Source: the human T2T-CHM13v2.0 reference genome, Homo sapiens. Taken from it: a stretch of 64,000 nt of DNA. This document shows, piece by piece, positions 1 to 11,484 of the stretch; the stretch's first letter is position 1, and each line of letters starts with the position of its first letter. The notes beneath the pieces are model-generated. The model saw nothing but the letters and a program-made list of their open reading frames with translations. It had not been told where the DNA came from and made no database searches. Position numbers and translations under genes: made by a program. The DNA lies in NCBI RefSeq assembly GCF_009914755.1, contig NC_060925.1, one strand, 5' to 3'.

Positions 1-3000
1 GCCCCTGGGCCTGCATCCTCCATCCCACTGGGGATCTCTAGAGGGCCAGGGACTTTGTCCTCCCTCTCCAAGGAAACAGGGTCAGACTCTTCCTCTGAGC
101 CAGAAGGCTCAGCACTGTCCTGGGACTCCGTTTCCAGGGCAGTCTTGGGGGCACCAGCCACTGCACCCCTCAAGCTGTCATCCCAGGGGACACTGACACT
201 CACAGAATCAGACTCCAGGAATTCCCCTCTCTGGGAGCTACTCAGGGCCTGGAGGCTGCCAACAGAAGACCCTGGCCCCCACCGCCCAGCCCCTGGCTCC
301 CTCCCCTCCTCCTGATCCTCCTCTCCCTCCTCCCCACTTTCTTCCTCATCTGCAAACCCATCGGACTCCCCATCTCGATCCCAGGCTGCAGGATCCAGTA
401 GCAGCTGGGGCACCTGGCCCAGAGGTTCTGCCACCTCCCCAGGGACCCCAGGAAGAAAAGGTGCCTCAGTCCCCAGGTCCTCAAATTCTTCTGACAGGTC
501 AGAGTCACGGCCACACTCCTCTTCTCCCTCCTCCCCCTCCTCCTTTTCTGAGGGTGGGGCCTCAAGGCCCTCGGAAGCCAGGACAGCAGGATCCCAGCCC
601 TCCTTTCCAGTCTCCCCTTGAGGGGGTGGCCTCTGCTCTCCAGTGGGGTCCCACCTGGGGGAGGTGGGGGACCTGAGGTAGAAGCCCAGGGGAGTGGAGT
701 CTGGAAGGGTCTCCCCGAGCTCATCCTCCTCGCTCTCTTCTCTGCTCTCCTCCCCTTCCTCCTGGGGGCCCTCGGGGATCTCCCCAGAACCCAACTCCTC
801 CTGCTCGCTCTCTACTTTCCCCAGGGCTTCAGCCCTCCCCTGCACCCCCCAGCTAGCCTCCTGACTCCCTTCAGCCTGAGGCTGAGGCCCAGGGGCATCT
901 TCCAGGATCGGGGTGTACGTTGGGCTGGGGGAGACCAGCACTGGTGGTACATCCTCCTCAGCTTCCTCTGACCCCAGAGGCCAAGGTGAAGGGGCATCAC
1001 TTCCAGTGTGGCCCAGGGTCTCAGCAGGGAACGCCTCCTCTGCTCCCCTGGGGGCCTCAGCCTCTGACTCCTCCCTACCCTCCCTGGGAGGCTCCCAAGG
1101 GTCTCTGCTCTTCCCAGGCAGCTCGGAGAACTCTGTCCCCAGACCACCTGCCTCCTCTAGGTCCTTTCTAGGCCCTTCCAAGCCCTGAACCCTCTTTGCC
1201 TCCAAACTCTCCTCTTCCAGGGGTGGTTCCATCACCTCTTCCCTGGTCAGATGGCCTGGGTCCCCCAGCCCTCCCACCCCCTGCCCCGGGCCTGGCTCAG
1301 CTCCCGCAGCAGACTCACCCATGGCAGGCTCTGACCCCAACATGACCTCTGGGGAGGCTTGGTCACCCCCTGGGGCCACATCATCTTCCACCAGGGGCTC
1401 TATCGCCTCTGGCAGCCCCTGGGGAGCCTGGAGGCCTGGGGCCCCCACCTGTTGTGATTGCCCTTCAGGGTCCTGGAGGCCCTCAGCCCCTCCCTTCACA
1501 CTGGCTCCCTCAACCAGGCCTCTCTGCTCTTTGGGCTCAGGGCTCTCTGGGTGCCCCTCGCCTGGGATCCAGACCTCCTCTGTGGCATTCAGCTCTCCCT
1601 GCTCTACCACCTCCTCCTTCCCAGTGAAGCCATCCTGCTCCCTCAGATTCAGCTCTGCCTCATCCTCATTTTCCACTCCAGCCATCCCAGGAGGGCTTTC
1701 CTGAGCCAGTTCTTGGTCCTTCTCCACCGTATCTTCCCACCTCTGCACATCTGCAGACTGCGGCAGCTCCTGTCCCTCCTCCTCCAGAGACCTCAGTGAC
1801 TCTTGGTACTCTCCCTTTCCCAGGTTCTCTTCCTCTTCCAGATTCCTTTGACTTTCCTTGTCTACCTCCTCTGGAGATCTCAAATTCTCCAGGTTCCATG
1901 CTCCCAGAGATCTCAATGATTCCTGATTCTCCTCTTCCAGGAGTCTGAATGTCTCTTGGTTCACTTCCACAGACTCCAGTGGTTCTTGAATTTCCTTTTC
2001 TAGAGGATTCATTGCCCCCTGATTTATTTCTTCTGGAGTCCACAGTGGTGCTTGAGTTTCTGGAGATTTCAGTGTTTCCAGGTTCTCTTGTCCCGCAGAC
2101 TTCAGTGATTCTAGGATCTCTGTTTCTAAAGATTTTACTGCCTCTATGCTCTCTTCTTTGAGTGACTTTAAGAACTCTTGATTCTCATTTTCAAGAGGTC
2201 TAGCTATCTCCTGGTCAAGAGACTTCAGTGGTTCTAGATCCACTTTTTCTGGGGGTCTTAATGTCATCTGATCCTGTTCCCCTAGAGACCTCCGTCGCTG
2301 TTGAGTCTCTTTTTCAAGAGTTCTCAATGTCTCTTGGTCCTGTTCTTCTAAAGACCTCAGTGATTTGTGATTCTCTGTTTCTAGAGGTCTCACAATACTC
2401 TGGTCCTCTTCTTCTAGAGTCTTCAGTGGCTCCTGGTTCTCTTTTTCTAGAGATCTAAAGGCCTCTTTGTTCTCATCTTCAAGAGACCTCAGGGGTTCCT
2501 GATTCTCCTTTGTCAGAGGTCTCAGTGCCTCCTCATCCCCTACTTCTGGAGATCTCAGTGGCTCTTGATTCTCCTTTTCCAGAGCTGTCAATGACTCTAA
2601 GTTCTCTTGCAGAGAACTTACTAATTCTTGATTTTCCGTTCCTGGAAATAAAAATGTCTCTAGATTACCTTCAAGAGATTTCATTAGTTCTTGATTCTCC
2701 TTTTGCAGGGATTGCAATGTCTGTGTGTCCTCTTTTCCTGTAGGCTTAAGTTGGCCTACAGCCTCTTTTTCTAGAGGTCTCACTACCTCCACATCCTTTA
2801 ATAGCTCTTTATTTTCCTTTTCTAGACTTTTTAGTGTTTCTAAGTCTTCTTCTAAAGACCTCGGACATTCTTGATTCTCCCTTTCTAGTGTCTCATGGCT
2901 CTGGTTTTCCAGAGTCTTCAGTGACTCTTGAATCTCCTCTCCCAGAGACTTCAGGGTTTCTTTTTCCAAAGGAACCTGGGAGTCCTGGATTTCCTTCCTG

Positions 3001-3607
3001 TTTAGATCCTCTTCTTCCCATATTTCCTGCTGCAAGCTGCTTACCACTTTGCCCTCTATGGCTGTTTCTTTCTCTACCAACCCCCAGATTTGCCCTTCAC
3101 CTTCCCCTCGGCATATGCTGAACACTCTAGACCCACCGGATTCTCCATCCTTAGCCTCTAAACTGGAGTGGTCAGGGCTGAGGGGTGGTGCCAAGGAGGC
3201 ATGGTCCTCTGGGGACTGGCCTGTACTGGCCTCTTGCCGCTGGCCCCCAGGCTCCTCTGGTCCAGGCAGGACGCTGGCAGGAATGGCCACCCTGGCTTCA
3301 GCCCGCAGGGGCTCTGGAGCCTGTTTCCTCCCACCCTGTGTCTGGAGCAGAGAGAGAGGAGCATCCTGGGCTCTGATCTCTGCATCTACAGCAGGAGAGG
3401 GTGCCTGAGGTGTGGGGGGGATGGGGGTGCTGGCCAAGGTAGGGGTACGGGCCTGGAGGAATTCTTGGTTCTTAAGAAAGGCTGGCACAGGTGTCTCAAG
3501 GGTAGCAGGCAAGGGTGAGGGGAGGGAAGTTGGGCTCAGGACTGGGAGCAAAGATCCAAGACGCCGGCCCTCTGGGGTCCTAGGGAATTGCAGCTCCAGC
3601 TTGGGGT
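1..3607 (-). CDS. NES: Nestin coding exon 4 (long acidic C-terminal tail), partial; continues beyond window start
   Basis: Acceptor ttccag|AC at 3607 gives (D)PKLELQFPRTPEGRRL...; an E/S/L-rich tail reading ...SGMEDAGPG at position 1. The frame was spot-checked at several points, not end to end. It is probably missing from the ORF track because the stop lies outside the window. Confidence 0.96.
1790..2965 (-). repeat. NES: Degenerate ~33-bp / 11-residue repeats in the nestin tail
   Basis: Translation such as KSLGEEIQESLKTLEN...TLERENQECPRSLEEDLETLKSLEKENKELLK; recurrent plus-strand motifs tctagag, ttcagtg and cttgattctc. Confidence 0.85.
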
Positions 3608-3855
3608 CTGGAAAGGCAGAGGGGGAAGAAACAGCATCAGTATATCACTGGCAATGAGGGGAGCCACAGAGCAGCCACCGCTGGCAAGAGTATCCATGCG
3701 CCTGCCCCTGGCGCCCATGGCTGGGCTGAGAGCATGCTCACTGACACTGGAGGCCACGGACTTGAAATTTAGATTGGTGCCTCTCGGGAAAGATAGGTCT
3801 GGGTATGAAGAGCAAAGCAGGGTAGTTTCTGGGGGAACTTGGCCCCTCCTCTTAC

Positions 3856-3929
3856 CCTGAAAGCTGAGGGAAGTCTTGGAGCCACCGCCAGGTGTTTGCA
3901 GCCGGGAGTTCTCAGCCTCCAGGAGGGTC
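3856..3929 (-). CDS. NES: Nestin coding exon 3
   Basis: Acceptor ccag|G at 3929; encodes TLLEAENSRLQTPGGGSKTSLSFQ, completing the TYRTLLEAE motif; donor G|GTAAGA at 3856; 74 nt, frame consistent. Confidence 0.97.
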
Positions 3930-4249
3930 CTGGAGAGGACAGAGGGAAAGTGGGGTCAGCCCTCTGCCCCCAGGCCTGCAGGCAGCAAGCCAGCTGGGGA
4001 CAACTCAGGCTGAGCTTGCACCATCCAGGCCCTGCAGGCTTCCTCTTCATTTGACACTGTCACACAAAAGCCACACTCAGGGTGAAATCACACAGTCACA
4101 TACCCACAGACATCACACACTTGGTCACACAAAGTCACACTGTATTTGGGATACACAGCAGAGCTCAGACATAGAAGCAGATTCCCACACAGTCGGACAT
4201 TGCCCTACACACACCCACACAAGGCTTAGGCTAGCCTCCTCCTCCCACC

Positions 4250-4455
4250 CCAGGCCAATGACCTCATCCTCTGTGTGGGGGACCGATTCTCATGCTAATT
4301 GCTGCCATTGTCCAAGCCACCATCTGGAGGGTCTGAGAAGGAGAGGATTCTGGGGAAGTGGGAATTCTCAGGCCGTTCCCATGGGATGGGCTCCCTCCTC
4401 CTTCCCCGGTGGCCCCCAGAGCTAGCGACAGACAAAAGCAAATGAATTCAGCTCC
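4250..4455 (-). promoter_or_regulatory. NES: Nestin intron-2 neural progenitor enhancer core (SOX + POU sites, nuclear-receptor half site)
   Basis: Minus strand reads GGACAATG-gcagc-AATTAGCATG (SOX 4306-4312, POU 4292-4299), with an AGGTCA half-site at 4259-4264. It lies in the 3' part of intron 2, where this enhancer is known to be. Confidence 0.8.
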
Positions 4456-5617
4456 CCCTCTCCAAATCCTTTTCATGCCTCAAAAAATAGCAGTTAAATT
4501 CCTCGGGGCCCACCAGACCCTTCCCCTTGGTGGCTTCACTGGGGGTCAGGGCCCTCATCTCAGGATCTCTAAGCACTCTGGATCCCAAGCTCTTCGGGGC
4601 ACAGAGGTCTTTGTGTCCAGGCCCCTTCCTCAGCGCCCCTTGAACCAAAGAGGGGAGCAGGGACCAATCAATTCAATAACTTAGGATGAGCAGCTGCTCC
4701 TCTCTGCTTTGCTCCATGATCTCTGAGTCTGGTTAGCACTCGCTGTAGCCTCACCTCTGTCCTTGCCAGTGCTGCGGCCTTCCTTCTGGGCTTCTCTTCC
4801 CTGGCGGTGGAGCCCCTCTCCTCCACGTCCTCCCCAGAGCCTCACTGACCTTCCATCTCTGGGCCTTGCCTCTCCTCCTTTCCTGGATCTCATGTGGCCC
4901 CTCACCAGCCACAGAGCCCCTTCCTCAGGCCCCATCAATGGCCCCTCAGCCAACAGGACCAGTTTCCCAGAAGAGACTGCGGGCTTTGCCCAAGGCCACA
5001 TAGCAAGTGAGAAGCCACCCCTCCTTGGTCTCAGCCATTTCTAGGATAACAGAAAATGTGGACAATGAAAGGCTGGGCAGGACCAAGGGCACTAGGGGCA
5101 TCAGAGGAGTCTCGCCCCATGACATCCAGGCTAGAAGAGGCCTTGGAAGTCCCCCAGCCCAGCCCTCAGCCCCTAGACGAGGCTGAGGCCCAGGTCAGGT
5201 GGCAAGTCAGTGCAGCCACCCCATGCCTGCAATGCCTCCTTTCCGTGGCTGCCAAAGGACATGACCCCCTGGGTGCGGGCACACATAGAGTTGGAGCTTT
5301 GCCCCTTGGGGGAAGGGTCTGGATGCAGTTGCCCCACACGGGCCCAGCCCCTCTCCAGAGGCTGTCCCGCTCGGCAATATCATCTCTCCTGGGGGGATTT
5401 CCTGGGCACAGGACATTGCTCAGGTCTCCAGCCTATGGGGGAGCAGACGGTTTCAGGCAGGACATGTTCCGGTGTGGAAGTGACCAGCCTAGAGTCACAG
5501 AACCCAGTGGCAGCAGAGTTGCCATCACCTACACCTCTGGTCCCCTTCAGCCACGTAGTCTGCCCCAGCATGTGTGTGTGCCTCTGTGTGCCTGGGTGGA
5601 CAGGGCTCGTCTCGTAC

Positions 5618-5742
5618 CTGTACGTGGCCACCTCCAGGCTGAGGGACATCTTGAGGTGCGCCAGCTGCTGCCGACCTTCCAGGACCTGAGCGATCTGGCT
5701 CTGTAGGCCCTGTTTCTCCTGCTCCAGGGCCTCCACAGCCAG
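5618..5742 (-). CDS. NES: Nestin coding exon 2
   Basis: Acceptor ctgcag|CTG at 5742; encodes LAVEALEQEKQGLQSQIAQVLEGRQQLAHLKMSLSLEVATYR (IF coil-2B end motif); donor AG|GTACGA at 5618; 125 nt. Confidence 0.97.
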
Positions 5743-6883
5743 CTGCAGGGCAGGCGAGAGGCAGTCAGTGGAGGGGCTGGGGTCCCTTCTGTGAACCAAC
5801 CTGCCTCCTGCCCGCTGCCGCTGCCCGGGAAGCACCTCCTGCTCCCTGGCTGACTTATCTGTGTAGCAGACCCCCGCCTCCCCTACCCTATTCCCTGCCC
5901 AGAGAGCCCCCTCTGGATCAGCCAAGATGAGCCCAGGGCCCCTGTCAGCACTCTCAGCTCTCTCCCATGGCCTGCTCCTCCTCTGAGGATGCTGATTAAA
6001 TGGTAGCACATGTTGCTCAGAACACAGCTCCCACAGGAAGGGGAGGTGAGGGAGGAGACGAGATGGGTTATGGAGAGAGAAGAGGGGGAAAAAAAAGCGA
6101 AAGCAGAAGGAAAAACGATTAATCAAGATGCCTGGAGCCTGCAGGACTGGAAGGCAAACAGCCCCCGTCCCCCGTTGGTCCCATCTCCCACAACTGTCTC
6201 CTGCTCCTCACAGCAGGCTCTCACCCCCGCCCCACCCCCATTTCCCACATGTTCTGGATTCTGTCTCCTCTGAGAGGAGGGATGGGGAGGTGGCCATGGC
6301 ACCTCTGTGTGGCCCAGGCAAGAAGCTGTTTTCTCAGCTGCTGGTCACATCTGTGCCCTGTGAGAAGGAGCAGCTGTTATGGGCCTCTGGAATGTGCTCC
6401 AGGGAGCCGAGAAGCCATGACATGGGAGGGGGCTGGTAGCCATTCATTCACGGCCCCTCACTCCTCCCCTCAGGAGAAGGAGGGCTGTGAGGAACTTGGT
6501 GATTCTGAGTGGCCAGGCCACCAGATTCAGCGCAGAGGCGACAGTGCTGGGTGTCCTCCTAGTAATACCAGAGCCTGGGAAGGGACCCGGAGCCCCGGTC
6601 ATCATCAGAGCCAGAAGGTGCCATCCAGAGAGTGGCGGGGCTGCTGCAACGGGTCTTGGGCCTGACTGCCCACCCGGGATGTGCTTCGAGAAGCCCCACC
6701 ATTCGCATCCTACACTAGACGGGCTGTAAAAGTCTAGGACTTGTGGCACCAGGTTTCTGAGAACTGGCTCCTGATTCAGCAGCCAGCTAGCCCCACTCCC
6801 TTCCCAGAAGGTCTCTGAGCTTCATAAGGGACTTTCTGGAGCTTTCTGGGACTTTCTCTCACCCAGGCCCTCAACCTCCTCAC

Positions 6884-7666
6884 CTGGAACTTTTCAGTAG
6901 CCCGCAGCCGCTCCTGCCAGCGGCCCTCCAACCTCTGTTCCAACGCTGCCCTGCGCTCCAGGAGGCCTCCGCGCTCAGCCTGGAGCTGCTGCAGCTCCAG
7001 GCGGCCCTCGCGGGCACCCTGCACCGCCCGGCCCAGCCGCTCGCGGGCCTGGCCCAGCGACGTCTCCATGTGTGCCACGCGCTCCTGGTAGCCGCGCACT
7101 GCCCCGCGCCACGCCTCGCCCAGTCGCCTTGCCAGCTCCTCTACCTCCGGGGCCGGCGCGGGAGGCCCGCGGGGCGGCGCGGGGCAGCGGGGGGCACAGG
7201 CAGCCTGCGCGTTCAGGCCGACGCGCTCCTCCTCGTGCGCCACGCGTAGAGCCTCTAGCTCGCGCTCCAGCTCTGCCGCCTGGCTACTCAGCCAGGCCCG
7301 GGCGCATTTCTCTGCCTCGACGGCGCGCCGGTTGCGGGCTACCTCCTCCGTCGTCCGCTCCCGGGCCAGCCGCAGCTGCTGGCATCGGCCTGCCACGCCC
7401 TCCAGCTCTTCAGCCAGGTTGTCGCGCGCCACCTCGGCCGCGTGCTTCTCCCGCCAGCGTTGGTCAACGAGGGCCCGCAGGGCCGCCAGCTCGTCGTCGG
7501 CATGCGCCCGCCAGGAGGTGTCCGCGGATTGTGCCCGGAGCCCCCCGAGCTCCGCGCTGAGCAGCTCATTCTGCTCCTCCAGCGCCTTGACCCGGGCCAG
7601 GTAGGCCTCCAGGCGCCGATTGAGCTCCCACATCTGAAACGACTCCTCCCCCATGCAGCCCTCCAT
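6884..7666 (-). CDS. NES: Nestin (type VI intermediate filament), coding exon 1 (aa 1-261, head and coiled-coil rod)
   Basis: ATG at 7666 gives MEGCMGEESFQMWELNRRLEAYLARVKALEEQN..., including the IF coil-1A motif LNRRLEAYL. The exon ends ...ATEKFQ at donor CAG|GTGAGG (6884/6883); 783 nt, phase 0. Confidence 0.98.
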
Positions 7667-7900
7667 CCTGCTCGTCTGACCCACTGAGGATGGACAGACG
7701 CGGGGCACCGGGAGAAGGGAGCGGCTCGCAGAGCTTTTAGGACGGAAGAGAAAAGAGACCGACGGGGACAATGACGGGGCGGGGCGGGGTGGGAGTAGCC
7801 TGAGCGACTGAGAGTCGGGAGTGGGAGCGAGGCTATTCATACTCCCGCCAGGCGGGCGGGAAGAGGGGCGGGACCCAGGCCTTAACCCCTTAGAGGTCAG
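6900..7900 (-). promoter_or_regulatory. NES: NES CpG island, 5' UTR and promoter
   Basis: CpG-dense. GC boxes and G-tracts at 7775-7793 and 7851-7873; TATA-like TATGAATA on the minus strand at ~7834-7841; TSS about 7800. Confidence 0.75.
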
Positions 7901-8381
7901 AGAGTGGCAGCAGCCTCTGTTCCTGCTTCCCCAGGGTGCTGGAGAGTGGAACCAAAGAAGAAGCTGTACCATGGAGAATCGGATCTGATGGTGGTGGCTT
8001 TCTGAGGGAGGAGGCTGTGAAGAAGGGTCACAATCCCCGAAAAAGGCAGATAATGCACAGAACTGAGCCTGTGGGGGTGGGAGTACCAGGACGTTCCAGC
8101 CTGGGAGGGAGTGCAGTCTCAGTTACTCAACACATCCGAGAGAGGTATCACTTACTGAATTCCTCTAAGACTCAGTTTCCTCATCCATAAAATGTGAGCA
8201 ATGATGGAAATCGCATGGCTGCTGAAAAAAATGGATGTGGCCAGGTTTTTGTTTTTCGTTTTTGAAATAGCAAATGCTCCTCCTCCTGAAATACTGGAGA
8301 GAGTACTACAGCATTGCAGAAAGAAGCTAGAGAGACGCTGCCTGGAAAACAAGAACAAATGTCTGATATTAGGACACACGG

Positions 8382-8383
<2 letters not shown>

Positions 8384-8424
<41 letters not shown>

Positions 8425-8425
8425 C
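8384..8425. repeat. (CA)n microsatellite
   Basis: About 20 CA units with one interruption, just upstream of NES. Confidence 0.95.
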
Positions 8426-8613
8426 GCTATTGCCTGAGTCTCCATCAGAAAAGGGAGCGACCAGGTTAAGGGCCGTCATGGGCTTAAGAACGTTTGTCCA
8501 TCCTTCCTACAAGTCTTCTGTATAACTGCGAGGTTCAAACATCCGCTTTAGGAAGTTCTGTTCTTGGGGAAGGGCCCCTTCTCCCGCACCCCCTGCCAGG
8601 GAATGTTGGGTAG

Positions 8614-8632
8614 TGGACGCCCTCTGGCGGCT
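8614..8632 (-). promoter_or_regulatory. CTCF motif
   Basis: Minus strand GCCGCCAGAGGGCGTC, close to the CTCF core CCASYAGRKGGCR. Confidence 0.65.
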
Positions 8633-9486
8633 TTCAGAAGTGGAAGCAGCAGGAAGAGGCCATTCTTTTCCTTCCTAACGACTAGCCCAAGTTTATCCAG
8701 CCTTTATGATGTGCCCAGTCGTGTTCCAATATTTTACTTCCATGATCTGACTTAATCTTCAAAACAACCTTTTAAAGATTCTACAGTTTATGAAGTAGAG
8801 AGCTCACCAAGGGTGAGAGTAGTAGGGAAGGCTTTCTGGACGGAGTGCATCCTTGAGCTGGGAGGTAAAGGACAGGTGGGATTTGGGGGATTTACAGTGA
8901 AGGAGAAGTAGGGCTGGGGAGGAGATGCAGGGATAATGAGACGGAGGGGATCTTTGGGGAAGGCGTTTCTGATCAAGCTGCTAAATCCAATTTAGCTCAA
9001 GTGTTAATTGAGTACCTACTATGTGTCAGCACCAAAGAGATTGCAGGAACTCTGTCCCAGCCCTGGAAATGCTTATAGTTTGGTGATGTGAGGTCAACAG
9101 TGATGGGCACTCATAGTCTGTTGGTGGAGGTAAACATAAAAAGATGACTACAATACTTAATCAGCCTCCAAGGTGCTGGGGACAGAGCCAGGCAGCACAG
9201 AGGATGGAGAGGGTTTTCTGAGTAGAGGGTACAGCCGGGTCAATAACCAGGAAGTCATCCCTCCAATATCCCCTCCCCTTGAGGAGTCTCTCAAGGACCC
9301 CATCCCTGTCCCCAGGCCAATGGGGCTTTGGAATTCACCACCAATATGTAGAATAGAGGCCAGGGAGGGGTTAGTGACAGGACATTGACTGAGAGTCAGT
9401 GCAGGCCGGGAGGCTGAGGATCTGGGATGCCCAGGCTCCTTCAACCTTGCATTACCTCATAAATCCTGCTGTTTGGTTTGGGCTGA

Positions 9487-9845
<359 letters not shown>

Positions 9846-10689
9846 CCTTCTTTCTTTCACTTTCTGTCTGGGAGGAGAGGGATGCTAAATGTTTGAGATC
9901 CCCTGGGATTCTTGGGGGCGGTCCCCTAAAGAGGTAGGGTGGCATTGGGCTGGGGGTTCCTCTCTGAACCCCTCACCCTCACCCAAAGGGGAGACATTTG
10001 GAACTGTGTCTCATGCAAAGATTAGCTGACTTTTGCACTTTCTAACTGAATGACATTGGACAAATCACATAACTTCTCTAAGTGAGCCTGAGTTTACCTA
10101 TTTGGCAAAGCAGGTTAATACCCACCTATCCCTATAAGTTTGTTCTGATAATCAAATAAGACCAGGTATAGGGAAGTCTTTGTATAAAGCCTTTTTTGAG
10201 GACCGTCACAATGAAAGCCATTAAGCTAAAGAAAACCTCCTCTTGTGAATCACTCTTGTGAGTTTTAGGAATTATGGGGAATAGAGATTGTTAAGAATTC
10301 TGGGGAAGAGTGTGGTGTTGATTTTCCTAAAACAGGAGATGGTAGGTTCCAGCATTCACAACCTAGAGGATCTGACGTCAGTGCTTACCAGATTCTAAAC
10401 AGATACCTGATATTTGAGGTACTTAGAGAAATAAGGCCCTCCCTAGAGAAACTTAGGCCCTCCCTTCATCTCCTTCCCTGGTGACTGCATTTAGTTACTG
10501 GGATGTTTGTGGGGCCATTGGCCGTACCTTTTATTGGGTCTCTGGACCCAGGACATATGAACTATGTGGTACTACAGCTGGTGGATACAAAGTCAGCCCA
10601 GCAGTCATCCCCAGAGATGGCCATGAGCAAGCTTAGTGGGTTCTGTGTGCTGCCCCGAGGGAACCTGTCCTTGGTCCTGACAATTAAAA

Positions 10690-11152
10690 GTTTTAATTAA
10701 AGACTTGAATGAAAACATGGAAGCCATGTTTATCAGATCTACAGACTATGCAAGAACTGAGAGTTATATTTTAGCAAAATAGAAAAAAAAAACAGATGAC
10801 ATTTAATAGGGATAAGTGTAAAATTCTGCTTTTGGTTTCAAAAAATCAACAGCATAAGAAGAGGAGAATAAAGACCGGCTGAAGAGTAGGGAGTGTCTAG
10901 CAAAGAAGAAAGAGCTGGGGGTTTTAGAAGACTACAAGCTTGTTAGGAAGAAACCAATACTGGGTGGCTGTCTAAAAAAGTGAAAAGGATAAAAGTGACT
11001 ATAGATTCAAGGTGTCCAGATGAGCAATGGCAACACTCCCATTGCCCTCCACATCTGGAGTGTTGTACTGGACACTATATTTTAAAAGGGACCTTGATGG
11101 ATTGGAGTTAATCCCAGAAGAAGATGACCAGATGGTAAGGGATCTTGGAATA
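10690..11152 (+). mobile_element. Ancient CR1/L3 LINE fragment
   Basis: Degenerate CR1 3' ORF2-like motifs: tttaatagggataagtgtaaaattctgc, gagctgggggttttag, ccacatctggagtgttgt, tttaaaagggac, cagaagaagatgaccagatgg. Confidence 0.65.
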
Positions 11153-11184
11153 ATGTTTTTGTATTTTTAATTTTTAAATTTTTT

Positions 11185-11484
11185 AAAATTTTATTTATTT
11201 ATTTTGGAGACAGTCTCGCTCCATCACCTGGGCTGGAGTGTAGTGGCGTGATCTCGGCTTACTGCAACCTCTGCCTCCCCGGTTCAAGTGATTCTCAGTC
11301 TCCCGAGTAGCTGGCACTACAGGCTTGTGCCACCATGCCCAGCTAATTTTTTGTGTTTTTTTTAGTAGAGACGGGGTTTTCACCATGTTCGCCAGGCTGA
11401 TCTCGAACTCCTGGCCTCAAGTGATCTACCTGCCTCAGCCTCCCAAAGTGCTGGGATTACAGGCGTGAGCCACCACACCCGTCC
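11185..11484 (-). mobile_element. Alu (AluS-like, small internal deletion)
   Basis: Reverse-complement Alu consensus. Confidence 0.92.

Noticed and set aside
55-3660. Many plus-strand S/L/P-rich ORFs
   Set aside because: These are antisense shadows of the purine-rich, repetitive nestin exon 4.
5380-6126. 248-aa ORF
   Set aside because: It is NES exon 2 plus flanking intron read-through in GC-rich DNA.
6526-6548. REST/RE1-like sequence TTCAGCGCA-GAGG-CGACAGTGCT in NES intron 1
   Set aside because: Both half-sites have mismatches and the 4-nt spacer is non-canonical.
6776-7972. 398-aa ORF as the nestin N-terminus
   Set aside because: The true start is the internal ATG at 7666. The extension runs through promoter sequence and the C-terminal part reads into intron 1.
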